Source of the DNA: Escherichia phage REP2
Direction: 5' to 3' (one strand)
DNA length: 64,000 nt
Sequence record: OQ174501.1
Shown piece after piece: positions 37,868-48,311 of the stretch (within the stretch, counting starts at the first letter, position 1; every line of letters starts with the position of its first letter). Made by a program: the position numbers and the translations under genes. The notes beneath the pieces are model-generated. The model saw nothing but the letters and a program-made list of their open reading frames with translations. It had not been told where the DNA came from and made no database searches.

Positions 37868-38554
37868 ATGAAACTGTCTAAAGATACTACTGCTCTGCTG
37901 AAAAATTTCGCTACTATTAACTCTGGTATTATGCTTAAATCCGGTCAATTTATTATGACTCGTGCGGTTAATGGTACAACTTATGCAGAAGCGAATATTT
38001 CTGACGTTATTGATTTTGATGTAGCAATTTACGATTTGAACGGTTTTCTCGGTATTCTGTCTCTAGTTAATGATGATGCAGAAATTTCCCAGTCAGAAGA
38101 TGGTAATATTAAAATTGCTGATGCTCGTTCAACAATTTTTTGGCCAGCAGCCGATCCGAGTACAGTAGTTGCTCCTAATAAACCAATTCCATTCCCGGTA
38201 GCATCTGTTGTTACTGAAATTAAAGCTGAAGACCTTCAACAACTGTTGCGTGTATCTCGTGGTCTGCAAATTGATACAATTGCTATCACGGTAAAAGAAG
38301 GTAAAATCGTAATTAACGGTTTTAATAAAGTAGAAGATTCTGCTCTGACCCGTGTTAAATATTCTTTGACTCTTGGTGATTATGATGGTGAAAATACATT
38401 TAATTTTATTATCAATATGGCAAATATGAAAATGCAACCAGGAAATTATAAACTTCTGCTCTGGGCAAAAGGTAAACAAGGTGCTGCTAAATTTGAAGGT
38501 GAACACGCGAATTATGTAGTAGCTCTTGAAGCTGATTCTACCCACGATTTTTAA
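37868..38554 (+). CDS. 45: Sliding clamp gp45
   Basis: 228 aa; MKLSKDTTALLKNFATINSGIMLKSGQFIMTRAVNGTTYAEANISD matches T4 gp45 as I recall it. Confidence 0.95.
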   Translation: MKLSKDTTALLKNFATINSGIMLKSGQFIMTRAVNGTTYAEANISDVIDFDVAIYDLNGFLGILSLVNDDAEISQSEDGNIKIADARSTIFWPAADPSTVVAPNKPIPFPVASVVTEIKAEDLQQLLRVSRGLQIDTIAITVKEGKIVINGFNKVEDSALTRVKYSLTLGDYDGENTFNFIINMANMKMQPGNYKLLLWAKGKQGAAKFEGEHANYVVALEADSTHDF

Positions 38555-38557
38555 TAG

Positions 38558-38574
38558 AGGGCTTCGGCCCTTTA
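38558..38574 (+). terminator. UUCG-tetraloop hairpin
   Basis: gggc-ttcg-gccc + ttt. Confidence 0.45.
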
Positions 38575-38605
38575 TAATTTACACTAAAACTTGAATGAGG
38601 AAATT

Positions 38606-39565
38606 ATGATTACCGTAAATGAAAAAGAACACATTCTTGAACAGAAATATCGTCCATCTACTATCGATGAATGTATTCTTCCCGCCTTTGATAAAGAAAC
38701 CTTTAAATCTATTACAAGTAAAGGTAAGATTCCACATATTATTCTTCATTCTCCTTCTCCAGGAACAGGTAAAACAACTGTAGCAAAAGCATTGTGTCAT
38801 GATGTAAATGCTGATATGATGTTTGTGAATGGGTCAGATTGTAAAATTGATTTCGTTCGCGGTCCTTTGACTAATTTTGCCAGCGCAGCTTCATTTGATG
38901 GTCGTCAAAAAGTAATCGTTATTGATGAATTTGACCGTTCAGGGCTAGCAGAGTCTCAGCGACATCTTCGTTCCTTTATGGAAGCTTATAGTTCAAACTG
39001 TAGTATTATTATTACTGCTAACAATATTGATGGTATTATTAAACCACTTCAGTCACGCTGCCGAGTTATTACATTCGGTCAACCGACCGATGAAGATAAA
39101 ATTGAAATGATGAAGCAGATGATTCGTCGATTGACTGAAATCTGCAAGCATGAAGGAATTGCTATAGCTGATATGAAAGTTGTAGCAGCTTTGGTTAAAA
39201 AGAATTTTCCTGATTTTCGTAAAACTATTGGCGAGCTCGATAGTTATTCATCTAAAGGTGTTTTGGATGCTGGTATTTTATCACTGGTTACTAACGATCG
39301 TGGTGCTATTGATGATGTTCTTGAGTCTCTCAAAAATAAAGATGTTAAACAGCTCAGAGCTTTAGCACCAAAATATGCAGCTGATTATTCGTGGTTCGTA
39401 GGTAAACTTGCCGAAGAAATCTATACACGCGTAACTCCGCAAAGTATTATTCGTATGTATGAAATTGTTGGTGAAAATAACCAGTATCATGGAATTGCGG
39501 CTAATACTGAATTACATTTAGCATATCTTTTCATTCAATTGGCATGTGAAATGCAGTGGAAGTGA
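38606..39565 (+). CDS. 44: Clamp loader large subunit gp44
   Basis: 319 aa; Walker A SPGTGKTT; ATG 38606 after gaggaaatt. Confidence 0.93.
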   Translation: MITVNEKEHILEQKYRPSTIDECILPAFDKETFKSITSKGKIPHIILHSPSPGTGKTTVAKALCHDVNADMMFVNGSDCKIDFVRGPLTNFASAASFDGRQKVIVIDEFDRSGLAESQRHLRSFMEAYSSNCSIIITANNIDGIIKPLQSRCRVITFGQPTDEDKIEMMKQMIRRLTEICKHEGIAIADMKVVAALVKKNFPDFRKTIGELDSYSSKGVLDAGILSLVTNDRGAIDDVLESLKNKDVKQLRALAPKYAADYSWFVGKLAEEIYTRVTPQSIIRMYEIVGENNQYHGIAANTELHLAYLFIQLACEMQWK

Positions 39566-39566
39566 T

Positions 39567-40130
39567 ATGAGCTTATTTGAAGATGATATTCAATTAAACG
39601 AGCATCAAGTTGCTTGGTATTCAAAAGATTGGACAGCTGTCCAATCCGCTGCTGATTCTTTTAAAGAAAAAGCTGAAAATGAGTTTTTTGAAATAATTGG
39701 AGCTATTAATAATAAAACTAAATGCTCTATTGCTCAAAAAGATTATTCAAAATTCATGGTTGAAAATGCATTATCACAATTTCCAGAGTGCATGCCAGCT
39801 GTATATGCTATGAATTTAATTGGATCAGGCTTAAGTGATGAAGCCCATTTTAATTATCTAATGGCTGCAGTTCCTCGTGGTAAAAGATATGGTAAATGGG
39901 CAAAACTGGTTGAAGATTCTACCGAAGTATTGATTATTAAGTTACTTGCTAAACAGTATCAAGTTAATACAAATGATGCAATTAACTATAAATCAATTCT
40001 TACTAAAAATGGAAAACTACCTTTAGTATTAAAAGAACTTAAAGGATTAGTCACGGATGATTTTTTGAAAGAAGTGACTAAGAACGTAAAAGAACAGAAA
40101 CAACTCAAAAAACTAGCATTGGAATGGTAA
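39567..40130 (+). CDS. 62: Clamp loader small subunit gp62
   Basis: 187 aa; ATG 39567 directly after the gp44 stop. Confidence 0.85.
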   Translation: MSLFEDDIQLNEHQVAWYSKDWTAVQSAADSFKEKAENEFFEIIGAINNKTKCSIAQKDYSKFMVENALSQFPECMPAVYAMNLIGSGLSDEAHFNYLMAAVPRGKRYGKWAKLVEDSTEVLIIKLLAKQYQVNTNDAINYKSILTKNGKLPLVLKELKGLVTDDFLKEVTKNVKEQKQLKKLALEW

Positions 40131-40131
40131 A

Positions 40132-40500
40132 ATGATTGAAATTACTATTAAAAAACCTGAAGATTTTCTGAAAGTAAAAGAAACTTTGACTCGTATGGGA
40201 ATTGCTAATAATAAAGATAAAGTTCTGTATCAGTCCTGTCATATTCTTCAGAAAAAAGGACTATACTATATCGTTCATTTTAAAGAAATGCTTCGTATGG
40301 ATGGCCGTCAAGTTGAAATGACAGAAGAAGATGAAGTTCGTCGTGATTCGATTGCATGGCTGTTAGAAGATTGGGGACTGATTGAAATCGTTCCTGGACA
40401 AAGAACTTTTATGAAAGATTTAACTAATAACTTCCGAGTTATTTCTTTTAAACAAAAACATGAATGGAAACTCGTTCCTAAATATACGATTGGTAATTAA
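40132..40500 (+). CDS. regA: Translational repressor RegA
   Basis: 122 aa; conserved position between 62 and 43. Confidence 0.85.
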   Translation: MIEITIKKPEDFLKVKETLTRMGIANNKDKVLYQSCHILQKKGLYYIVHFKEMLRMDGRQVEMTEEDEVRRDSIAWLLEDWGLIEIVPGQRTFMKDLTNNFRVISFKQKHEWKLVPKYTIGN

Positions 40501-40503
40501 GCA

Positions 40504-40524
40504 AGGGGCTTCGGCCCCTTATTT
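40504..40524 (+). terminator. UUCG-tetraloop hairpin
   Basis: ggggc-ttcg-gcccc + ttattt. Confidence 0.5.
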
Positions 40525-40578
40525 GGAGTATAATATATCAAGAGCCTAATAACTCGGGCTATAAACTAAGGAATATCT

Positions 40579-43275
40579 ATGAAAGAATTTTATATCTCTA
40601 TCGAAACAGTCGGAAATAACATTGTTGAACGTTATATTGATGAAAATGGAAAGGAACGTACTCGCGAAGTAGAATATCTTCCAACTATGTTTAGACATTG
40701 TAAGGAAGAGTCAAAGTACAAAGACATCTATGGTAAAAATTGCGCTCCTCAAAAATTTCCATCAATGAAAGATGCTCGAGATTGGATGAAGCGAATGGAA
40801 GACATCGGTCTCGAAGCTCTCGGTATGAACGATTTTAAACTCGCTTATATCAGTGATACGTATGGTTCAGAAATTGTTTATGACCGAAAATTTGTTCGTG
40901 TAGCTAACTGTGACATTGAGGTTACTGGTGATAAATTTCCTGACCCAATGAAAGCTGAATATGAAATTGATGCTATCACTCATTACGATTCAATTGATGA
41001 TCGTTTTTATGTTTTCGACCTTTTGAATTCAATGTACGGTTCAGTATCAAAATGGGATGCAAAGTTAGCTGCTAAGCTTGACTGTGAAGGTGGTGATGAA
41101 GTTCCTCAAGAAATTCTTGACCGAGTAATTTATATGCCATTTGATAATGAGCGTGATATGCTCATGGAATATATTAATCTCTGGGAACAGAAACGACCTG
41201 CTATTTTTACCGGTTGGAATATTGAGGGATTTGACGTTCCGTATATCATGAATCGTGTTAAAATGGTTCTCGGTGAACGTAGTATGAAACGCTTCTCTCC
41301 AATCGGTCGAGTAAAATCTAAACTAATTCAAAATATGTATGGTAGCAAAGAAATTTATTCTATTGATGGCGTATCTATTCTTGATTATTTAGATTTGTAC
41401 AAGAAATTCGCTTTTACTAATTTGCCGTCATTCTCTTTGGAATCAGTTGCTCAACATGAAACCAAAAAAGGTAAATTACCGTATGATGGTCCTATTAATA
41501 AACTTCGTGAGACTAATCATCAACGATACATTAGTTATAACATCATTGACGTAGAATCAGTTCAAGCAATTGATAAAATTCGCGGGTTTATCGATCTAGT
41601 TTTAAGTATGTCTTATTATGCTAAAATGCCTTTTTCCGGTGTAATGAGTCCTATTAAAACCTGGGATGCCATTATTTTTAACTCATTGAAAGGTGAACAT
41701 AAGGTTATTCCTCAACAAGGTTCGCATGTTAAACAGAGTTTTCCGGGTGCATTTGTGTTTGAACCTAAACCAATTGCTCGTCGATATATTATGAGTTTTG
41801 ACTTGACGTCTCTGTATCCGAGCATTATTCGTCAGGTTAACATTAGTCCTGAGACTATTCGTGGTCAGTTTAAAGTTCATCCAATTCATGAATATATCGC
41901 AGGAACAGCTCCTAAACCAAGTGATGAATATTCTTGTTCTCCGAATGGATGGATGTATGATAAGCATCAAGAAGGTATCATTCCAAAGGAAATCGCTAAA
42001 GTATTTTTCCAGCGTAAAGATTGGAAAAAGAAAATGTTCGCTGAAGAAATGAATGCCGAAGCTATTAAAAAGATTATTATGAAAGGCGCAGGGTCTTGTT
42101 CAACTAAACCTGAAGTTGAACGATATGTTAAGTTCAGTGATGATTTCTTAAATGAATTATCGAATTACACTGAATCTGTTCTTAATAGTCTGATCGAAGA
42201 ATGTGAAAAAGCAGCTACACTTGCTAACACAAATCAGCTGAACCGTAAAATTCTTATTAACAGTCTTTATGGTGCTCTTGGTAATATTCATTTCCGTTAC
42301 TATGATTTGCGAAATGCTACTGCTATCACAATTTTCGGCCAAGTTGGTATTCAGTGGATTGCTCGTAAAATTAATGAATATCTGAATAAAGTATGCGGAA
42401 CTAATGGCGAAGATTTCATTGCAGCAGGTGATACTGATTCGGTATATGTTTGTGTAGATAAAGTTATTGAAAAAGTTGGTCTTGACCGATTCAAAGAGCA
42501 GAACGATTTAGTTGAATTCATGAATCAGTTCGGTAAGAAAAAGATGGAACCTATGATTGATGTTGCATATCGTGAGTTATGTGATTATATGAATAACCGC
42601 GAGCATCTGATGCATATGGACCGTGAAGCTATTTCTTGCCCTCCACTTGGTTCAAAGGGCGTTGGTGGATTTTGGAAAGCGAAAAAGCGTTATGCTCTGA
42701 ACGTTTATGATATGGAAGATAAGCGTTTTGCTGAACCACATCTAAAAATCATGGGTATGGAAACTCAGCAGAGTTCAACGCCTAAAGCGGTCCAAGAAGC
42801 TCTCGAAGAAAGTATTCGTCGTATTCTTCAGGAAGGTGAAGAGTCTGTCCAAGAATATTACAAGAACTTCGAGAAAGAATATCGTCAACTTGACTATAAA
42901 GTTATTGCTGAAGTAAAAACTGCGAACGATATAGCGAAATATGATGATAAAGGTTGGCCAGGATTTAAATGTCCGTTCCATATTCGTGGTGTGCTAACTT
43001 ATCGTCGAGCTGTTAGCGGTTTAGGTGTAGCTCCAATTTTGGATGGAAATAAAGTAATGGTTCTTCCATTGCGTGAAGGAAATCCATTTGGTGACAAATG
43101 CATTGCTTGGCCGTCGGGTACAGAACTTCCAAAAGAAATTCGTTCTGACGTACTGTCTTGGATTGACTACTCAACTTTGTTCCAAAAATCGTTTGTTAAA
43201 CCGCTTGCGGGTATGTGTGAATCGGCTGGCATGGACTATGAAGAAAAAGCTTCGTTAGACTTCCTGTTTGGCTGA
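40579..43275 (+). CDS. 43: DNA polymerase gp43 (family B)
   Basis: 898 aa; exonuclease and polymerase motifs (YGDTDS, KILINSLYGALG). Confidence 0.97.
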   Translation: MKEFYISIETVGNNIVERYIDENGKERTREVEYLPTMFRHCKEESKYKDIYGKNCAPQKFPSMKDARDWMKRMEDIGLEALGMNDFKLAYISDTYGSEIVYDRKFVRVANCDIEVTGDKFPDPMKAEYEIDAITHYDSIDDRFYVFDLLNSMYGSVSKWDAKLAAKLDCEGGDEVPQEILDRVIYMPFDNERDMLMEYINLWEQKRPAIFTGWNIEGFDVPYIMNRVKMVLGERSMKRFSPIGRVKSKLIQNMYGSKEIYSIDGVSILDYLDLYKKFAFTNLPSFSLESVAQHETKKGKLPYDGPINKLRETNHQRYISYNIIDVESVQAIDKIRGFIDLVLSMSYYAKMPFSGVMSPIKTWDAIIFNSLKGEHKVIPQQGSHVKQSFPGAFVFEPKPIARRYIMSFDLTSLYPSIIRQVNISPETIRGQFKVHPIHEYIAGTAPKPSDEYSCSPNGWMYDKHQEGIIPKEIAKVFFQRKDWKKKMFAEEMNAEAIKKIIMKGAGSCSTKPEVERYVKFSDDFLNELSNYTESVLNSLIEECEKAATLANTNQLNRKILINSLYGALGNIHFRYYDLRNATAITIFGQVGIQWIARKINEYLNKVCGTNGEDFIAAGDTDSVYVCVDKVIEKVGLDRFKEQNDLVEFMNQFGKKKMEPMIDVAYRELCDYMNNREHLMHMDREAISCPPLGSKGVGGFWKAKKRYALNVYDMEDKRFAEPHLKIMGMETQQSSTPKAVQEALEESIRRILQEGEESVQEYYKNFEKEYRQLDYKVIAEVKTANDIAKYDDKGWPGFKCPFHIRGVLTYRRAVSGLGVAPILDGNKVMVLPLREGNPFGDKCIAWPSGTELPKEIRSDVLSWIDYSTLFQKSFVKPLAGMCESAGMDYEEKASLDFLFG

Positions 43276-43288
43276 TAGAATAAATCTA

Positions 43289-43309
43289 GGGACCTCCGGG
43301 TCCCTTTTT
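43289..43309 (+). terminator. Rho-independent terminator
   Basis: gggacc-tccg-ggtccc + T5. Confidence 0.75.
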
Positions 43310-43379
43310 CATACAAGTAATATAAATCTATACTTATGAAAAACAGATGATTCTGGACCTTTAGAATTCCCTAAAAAAT

Positions 43380-43427
43380 TTTCACAAAACTGTTTACAAG
43401 ACTGTTCTTCCATGGTACTATACAACT
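43380..43427 (+). promoter_or_regulatory. T4 early promoter
   Basis: GTTTAC 43392-43397, TACTAT 43416-43421; shared leader ...ggagaataaaATG. Confidence 0.6.
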
Positions 43428-43455
43428 ATCAACTAATACGGATTTGGAGAATAAA

Positions 43456-43692
43456 ATGAAAATTATTATGGGATGCTTAGCAGTTTGTTTAGTTGCATTA
43501 GCAGCAGTTCCATTTGTTAGTGTTGAAAATGATACTCAACCTGTGATTGAATCTAGCACCGTTATTCACACTAATGGTAAAATATCAGTTAAAATTGATG
43601 ATAATCTTCATGTGAATACAAATGGATCTTTAGGTGTGCAAATGGGTAATACCTGCATAAGCACTACTGGAGTAATTACTACTTGCATTTGA
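43456..43692 (+). CDS. Secreted small protein
   Basis: Signal peptide MKIIMGCLAVCLVALAAVPFVSV; ORF track starts at 43444. Confidence 0.5.
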   Translation: MKIIMGCLAVCLVALAAVPFVSVENDTQPVIESSTVIHTNGKISVKIDDNLHVNTNGSLGVQMGNTCISTTGVITTCI

Positions 43693-43702
43693 GGAAATTA
43701 TT

Positions 43703-44083
43703 ATGAAAATCGCTATTTTGGTTATTGCATTAGGTCTTACTGGTTGTGTAGCTCAAGGACCGGTAGTAAATCAGTCTGATGTAGGAAAAATTGTAAATTG
43801 TTCAAGCAAATTTTATAATCCTAATGTCAAGTGTTATAAAGAAGCTCCAAAACAGACAGTAGAACAAATGCAGGCGAATTTTGACGAAGCTATTCGTCCA
43901 GATGAATCTGCTCAAGCATATCGTAATTCTGATGTAATTACACGCGAAGAAAAAATTGAAAACTACTGCGCCGAAATTTGGGCTAATTGGGCTAATAATT
44001 ACCAATGGCGTACCGGTAAAAATGCTCCGATGGAGTATGTAGTGAATTCTTATAATTCATGTGTAAAAAATTTGACTAAGTGA
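43703..44083 (+). CDS. Lipoprotein
   Basis: Lipobox LTGC after MKIAILVIALG; 126 aa. Confidence 0.6.
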   Translation: MKIAILVIALGLTGCVAQGPVVNQSDVGKIVNCSSKFYNPNVKCYKEAPKQTVEQMQANFDEAIRPDESAQAYRNSDVITREEKIENYCAEIWANWANNYQWRTGKNAPMEYVVNSYNSCVKNLTK

Positions 44084-44090
44084 GGAAAAC

Positions 44091-44342
44091 ATGGAAACTT
44101 TAGTAGCAGGTTCAATTTTTATGGTTTTAGTTTCAGGTGTGTTGGCTATTATTATATACATGCTTCCATGGTTTATCGCCTTGATGCGTGGGTCAAAATC
44201 GACAGTAGGAATCTTTTTCACATCTTTACTGTTTAACTGGTCAATTATTGGTTGGTTTATTACATTTATTTGGTCAATTGCGGGTGAAACTAAAAAGTCT
44301 GCACAACCAAATCAGGTAATTATCATCAGAGAGAAGGAATGA
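44091..44342 (+). CDS. imm: Immunity (superinfection exclusion) membrane protein Imm
   Basis: 83 aa, two TM helices; between 43 and 42. Confidence 0.85.
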   Translation: METLVAGSIFMVLVSGVLAIIIYMLPWFIALMRGSKSTVGIFFTSLLFNWSIIGWFITFIWSIAGETKKSAQPNQVIIIREKE

Positions 44343-44488
44343 AAAGCAAAATTATAGCAGTGTTGCTTTTAATCTTGATGATTATAATAAGTATATACTA
44401 TAGTGTAACGGTTCCTCTTATGATTCCAACTATTATTTTAGGCTGGGGTTTATTACTGTTACAAGTTAAATATGAATGTATCAATTGA
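44339..44488 (+). CDS. Small membrane protein (49 aa)
   Basis: ATGA overlap with imm; strongly hydrophobic. Confidence 0.4.
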   Translation: MKSKIIAVLLLILMIIISIYYSVTVPLMIPTIILGWGLLLLQVKYECIN

Positions 44489-44495
44489 GGTTTAA

Positions 44496-45236
44496 ATGAT
44501 TAGTGACTCTATGACAGTTGAAGAAATCCGTCTTCATTTGGGGCTTGCATTAAAAGAAAAAGATTTCGTAGTTGATAAAACTGGCGTTAAAACTATTGAA
44601 ATTATTGGCGCATCATTTATAGCAGATGAACCGTTTATTTTTGGCGCTCTTAATGATGAATACATTCAGCGTGAACTTGAATGGTATAAATCTAAGAGCT
44701 TGTTCGTTAAAGATATTCCGGGTGAAACACCGAAGATTTGGCAACAAGTAGCATCTTCTAAAGGTGAAATTAACTCGAATTATGGCTGGGCTATCTGGTC
44801 AGAAGATAACTATGCCCAGTATGATATGTGTTTAGCTGAACTTGGTCAAAATCCTGATTCTCGACGTGGTATCATGATTTATACTCGTCCATCCATGCAA
44901 TTTGACTACAATAAAGATGGTATGTCAGATTTCATGTGTACTAATACAGTACAGTACCTGATTCGTGATAAGAAAGTCAATGCGGTTGTTAGCATGAGAA
45001 GCAATGATTGCTGGGCAGGCTATCGTAATGATTATGCTTGGCAAAAATACGTACTAGATAAATTAGTATCTGATTTGAATGCAGGCGACCCATCGCGGCA
45101 ATATAAAGCAGGTTCTATTATATGGAACGTTGGAAGTCTTCATGTGTACGAAAATCAGTTTTATTTAGTTGACCATTGGTGGAACACCGGTGAGACTCAT
45201 ATTGCTAAAAAGGATTATACTGGAAAATGGAAGTAA
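44496..45236 (+). CDS. 42: dCMP hydroxymethylase gp42
   Basis: 246 aa; thymidylate-synthase-like fold; conserved position. Confidence 0.88.
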   Translation: MISDSMTVEEIRLHLGLALKEKDFVVDKTGVKTIEIIGASFIADEPFIFGALNDEYIQRELEWYKSKSLFVKDIPGETPKIWQQVASSKGEINSNYGWAIWSEDNYAQYDMCLAELGQNPDSRRGIMIYTRPSMQFDYNKDGMSDFMCTNTVQYLIRDKKVNAVVSMRSNDCWAGYRNDYAWQKYVLDKLVSDLNAGDPSRQYKAGSIIWNVGSLHVYENQFYLVDHWWNTGETHIAKKDYTGKWK

Positions 45237-45867
45237 ATGTGCCACATGTTTATAAGTATAAACATCCTAAAACTAAAAAGTGGTATATAGGAAGTCATGA
45301 TGGTCACAACCCGAATTATGATGGTTCGGGTGTAGTTTGGCAACATGCTAAAAAGAAATATGGAATAAAATCCTTTAATAAAGAAATATTATATGAAGGA
45401 CCAATGTTTAGACAGGTTGAAGAAATTATTTTAACTTGTTTAGATGCTGCTAATTGTCCGGATTCATATAATTTAAAGAATGAAGCATGGGGAGGAAGTT
45501 TTCCAGGCAAATTAAATGGAATGTACGGTAAAAACTATCTCCAGAAGAAAGATATAAGTGCGGAAATGCCTTTCGTGGAATCAAGCGTCCTGATCATTCT
45601 AAAAGAATGAAAGGCGAAGGTAATCCAATGTATGGTAAAAATGAGCAGGCATATGGAATTATAAATCGAGCCAAGGAAAATTCTGGTAAAACTTATGAAG
45701 AAATTTTTGGCGTAGAAAAAGCTAAAATAATTAAAGAAACGATGTCTAAAAATCGTAAAGGAAAACCTCATAATTTGATAGAAAAAATATGTCCGCATTG
45801 CGGACTAAAAGGACGTGGGCCAAATATGACAAGATACCATTTTGACAAATGTAAGGCACTTAAATGA
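45227..45867 (+). pseudogene. GIY-YIG (Seg-like) homing endonuclease gene split by a frameshift
   Basis: ORF 45227-45610 carries VYKYKHPKTKKWYIGSHDG (GIY-YIG) and NUMOD-like GKLNGMYGKN; the second frame, open from 45559 to 45867, carries GNAFRGIKRPDHSKRMKGEGNPMYGK repeats and the zinc finger CPHCGLKGRGPNMTRYHFDKC. Confidence 0.6.
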
Positions 45868-46706
45868 TTCAATTCGTAATTCCAAGTTATCAGCGTGTAG
45901 GGGCAGTTTCTGCCCTTAATATGTTTCCGACTGATTATGAACCCCATATTGTAGTGCGTGAACACGAAGAAAAAGCTTATTATGATGCTTATGGGTCTAG
46001 AGCTAAAATTATAACTATTCCTGATGATGTAAACGGAATTGCCGGTACTCGTAAAGCAATTACTGATATGTATGCAGGCCAACGAATCTGGATGATTGAC
46101 GATGATACTACTATTCGTATGAGTTCAATGCGAAAAAGAGATGACCGTCGTTGCGTGGATAAAGTCAATCAATTGACTCATGAACAGTTCTATGAATTGA
46201 TTCAATACGTCGAAGATGCCATGGATTGCGGGTATTATCACGGTCATGCTCGCCTACCAATTTTTAAAATTACTTCATCTTGGGGTAATTATCGTGAAAA
46301 TTCATATGGATTCACGAATACATGGTATGACCTTGGAAAACTTACGACAGAACAAATTGGGTATGGAAAAATTGATTTGTGCGAAGATATGTATGCATTT
46401 CTTAATTTAATTAATCAAGGTTATCCGCATTTGGCCTTGTTCAAATATCTGGTTGTATCTGGAAAAGCGCAAGCTCCTGGTGGGTGTAGTTCAATTCGTA
46501 GTAATTCTAAACATAATAGAGCGCTTGAGCAAATCAATAGAGAGTTTCCAGAGCAAGCTCGTTGGAAAACTTCTAATATCGAAAAACGAAAATCGTTGGG
46601 TGAAGAAGACGAGCCATTAAAGGTTCTTCGCATGTGTGTTTCGCGTAAAGAAAAATCAGAAGCATTTCATAAGTTTAATGCTATTCATCCAATAGCAGTT
46701 GATTAA
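45864..46706 (+). CDS. GT-A-type glycosyltransferase (possible T2/T6-type beta-alpha glucosyltransferase)
   Basis: 280 aa; IPSYQR...DDD motif; occupies the T4 beta-gt position between 42 and uvsX but does not match T4 beta-gt. Confidence 0.55.
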   Translation: MIQFVIPSYQRVGAVSALNMFPTDYEPHIVVREHEEKAYYDAYGSRAKIITIPDDVNGIAGTRKAITDMYAGQRIWMIDDDTTIRMSSMRKRDDRRCVDKVNQLTHEQFYELIQYVEDAMDCGYYHGHARLPIFKITSSWGNYRENSYGFTNTWYDLGKLTTEQIGYGKIDLCEDMYAFLNLINQGYPHLALFKYLVVSGKAQAPGGCSSIRSNSKHNRALEQINREFPEQARWKTSNIEKRKSLGEEDEPLKVLRMCVSRKEKSEAFHKFNAIHPIAVD

Positions 46707-46783
46707 TGCCTAAATTTATTGTGTTATAATTACTCTATCTTTAACCAGTGAGGAAAATATAATGATGCCTATGGAAAAAATGA

Positions 46784-47965
46784 ATGTCTATTGCAGATTT
46801 AAAATCCCGTTTGATTAAAGCTTCCACTTCTAAAATGACTGCTGAACTGACTACATCTAAATTCTTTAATGAAAAGGATGTAATTCGTACAAAAATTCCA
46901 ATGCTTAATATTGCTATTTCTGGTGCAATTGATGGCGGTATGCAGTCTGGTTTAACTATTTTCGCAGGGCCTTCTAAACACTTTAAATCAAATATGTCTT
47001 TGACTATGGTTGCGGCATATTTGAACAAATATCCTGACGCGGTTTGTCTATTCTATGATAGCGAATTTGGTATTACTCCAGCTTATTTGCGATCCATGGG
47101 AGTTGACCCGGAACGTGTAATTCATACGCCAATTCAGTCAGTTGAACAACTGAAAATTGATATGGTGAACCAGCTTGAAGCTATTGAGCGTGGTGAAAAG
47201 GTTATTGTATTCATCGACTCAATCGGTAATATGGCTTCTAAGAAAGAAACGGAAGATGCCTTGAATGAAAAATCTGTGGCAGATATGACTCGTGCTAAAT
47301 CACTGAAGTCATTATTCCGTATTGTTACTCCTTACTTTAGCATTAAAAATATTCCATGTGTTGCGGTTAACCATACAATTGAAACAATTGAAATGTTTAG
47401 TAAAACCGTGATGACAGGTGGTACAGGCGTAATGTATTCGGCTGATACTGTATTCATTATCGGTAAGCGTCAGATTAAAGATGGTTCTGATCTTCAGGGG
47501 TATCAATTTGTTCTAAATGTAGAAAAATCTCGTACCGTTAAAGAAAAAAGTAAATTCTTTATTGATGTTAAATTTGACGGTGGTATCGATCCTTATTCTG
47601 GATTGTTAGATATGGCTCTAGAATTAGGATTTGTAGTAAAACCTAAGAATGGTTGGTATGCTCGTGAATTTCTTGACGAAGAAACCGGCGAGATGATTCG
47701 CGAAGAAAAATCTTGGCGTGCAAAAGATACCAACTGCACTACATTCTGGGGTCCTTTATTTAAGCATCAACCATTCCGAGATGCTATTAAACGCGCTTAT
47801 CAGTTAGGTGCTATTGATAGTAATGAAATTGTTGAAGCTGAAGTTGATGAATTGATTAACTCAAAGGTTGAAAAATTTAAATCTCCAGAAAGTAAAAGTA
47901 AACCAGCAGCTGATTTAGAAACTGACCTCGAGCAGTTAAGTGATATGGAAGAATTTAATGAATAA
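46784..47965 (+). CDS. uvsX: Recombinase UvsX (RecA-like)
   Basis: 393 aa; Walker A GPSKHFKS; RecA-like core. Confidence 0.93.
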   Translation: MSIADLKSRLIKASTSKMTAELTTSKFFNEKDVIRTKIPMLNIAISGAIDGGMQSGLTIFAGPSKHFKSNMSLTMVAAYLNKYPDAVCLFYDSEFGITPAYLRSMGVDPERVIHTPIQSVEQLKIDMVNQLEAIERGEKVIVFIDSIGNMASKKETEDALNEKSVADMTRAKSLKSLFRIVTPYFSIKNIPCVAVNHTIETIEMFSKTVMTGGTGVMYSADTVFIIGKRQIKDGSDLQGYQFVLNVEKSRTVKEKSKFFIDVKFDGGIDPYSGLLDMALELGFVVKPKNGWYAREFLDEETGEMIREEKSWRAKDTNCTTFWGPLFKHQPFRDAIKRAYQLGAIDSNEIVEAEVDELINSKVEKFKSPESKSKPAADLETDLEQLSDMEEFNE

Positions 47966-48302
47966 AGATGATTTAGATTTAGATCTAGAAATTATCGATG
48001 AATCCCCCTCTTCGGAGGGGGAAGAAGAAAGAAAAGAACGTCTTTTTAATGAATCTCTTAAGATAATTAAATCTGCCATGGAAAATGTTATCCAGGAGAT
48101 TGTCATTAAACTAGAAGATGGTTCTACACACATTGTGTATGTGACAAAATTAGATTGGGTTGATGGAAAGGTTGTAATGGACTTTGCTGTTCTTGACCAA
48201 GAAAGAAAAGCTGAGTTAGCTCCTCATGTAGAAAAATGTATTACAATGCAACTACAAGATGCATTTAATAAAAGGTCAAAGAAAAAATTTAAATTCTTTT
48301 AA
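47940..48302 (+). CDS. 40: gene 40-position protein (tentative)
   Basis: 120 aa; between uvsX and 41. Confidence 0.55.
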   Translation: MIWKNLMNKDDLDLDLEIIDESPSSEGEEERKERLFNESLKIIKSAMENVIQEIVIKLEDGSTHIVYVTKLDWVDGKVVMDFAVLDQERKAELAPHVEKCITMQLQDAFNKRSKKKFKFF

Positions 48303-48311
48303 GGAGTAAGT

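Noticed and set aside
46763-46819. 18-codon upstream ORF (MMPMEKMNVYCRFKIPFD) with a strong SD overlapping the uvsX start
   Set aside because: Probably a translational-coupling or regulatory artefact of the uvsX initiation region rather than a gene; it also makes the uvsX start assignment (46784) somewhat uncertain.
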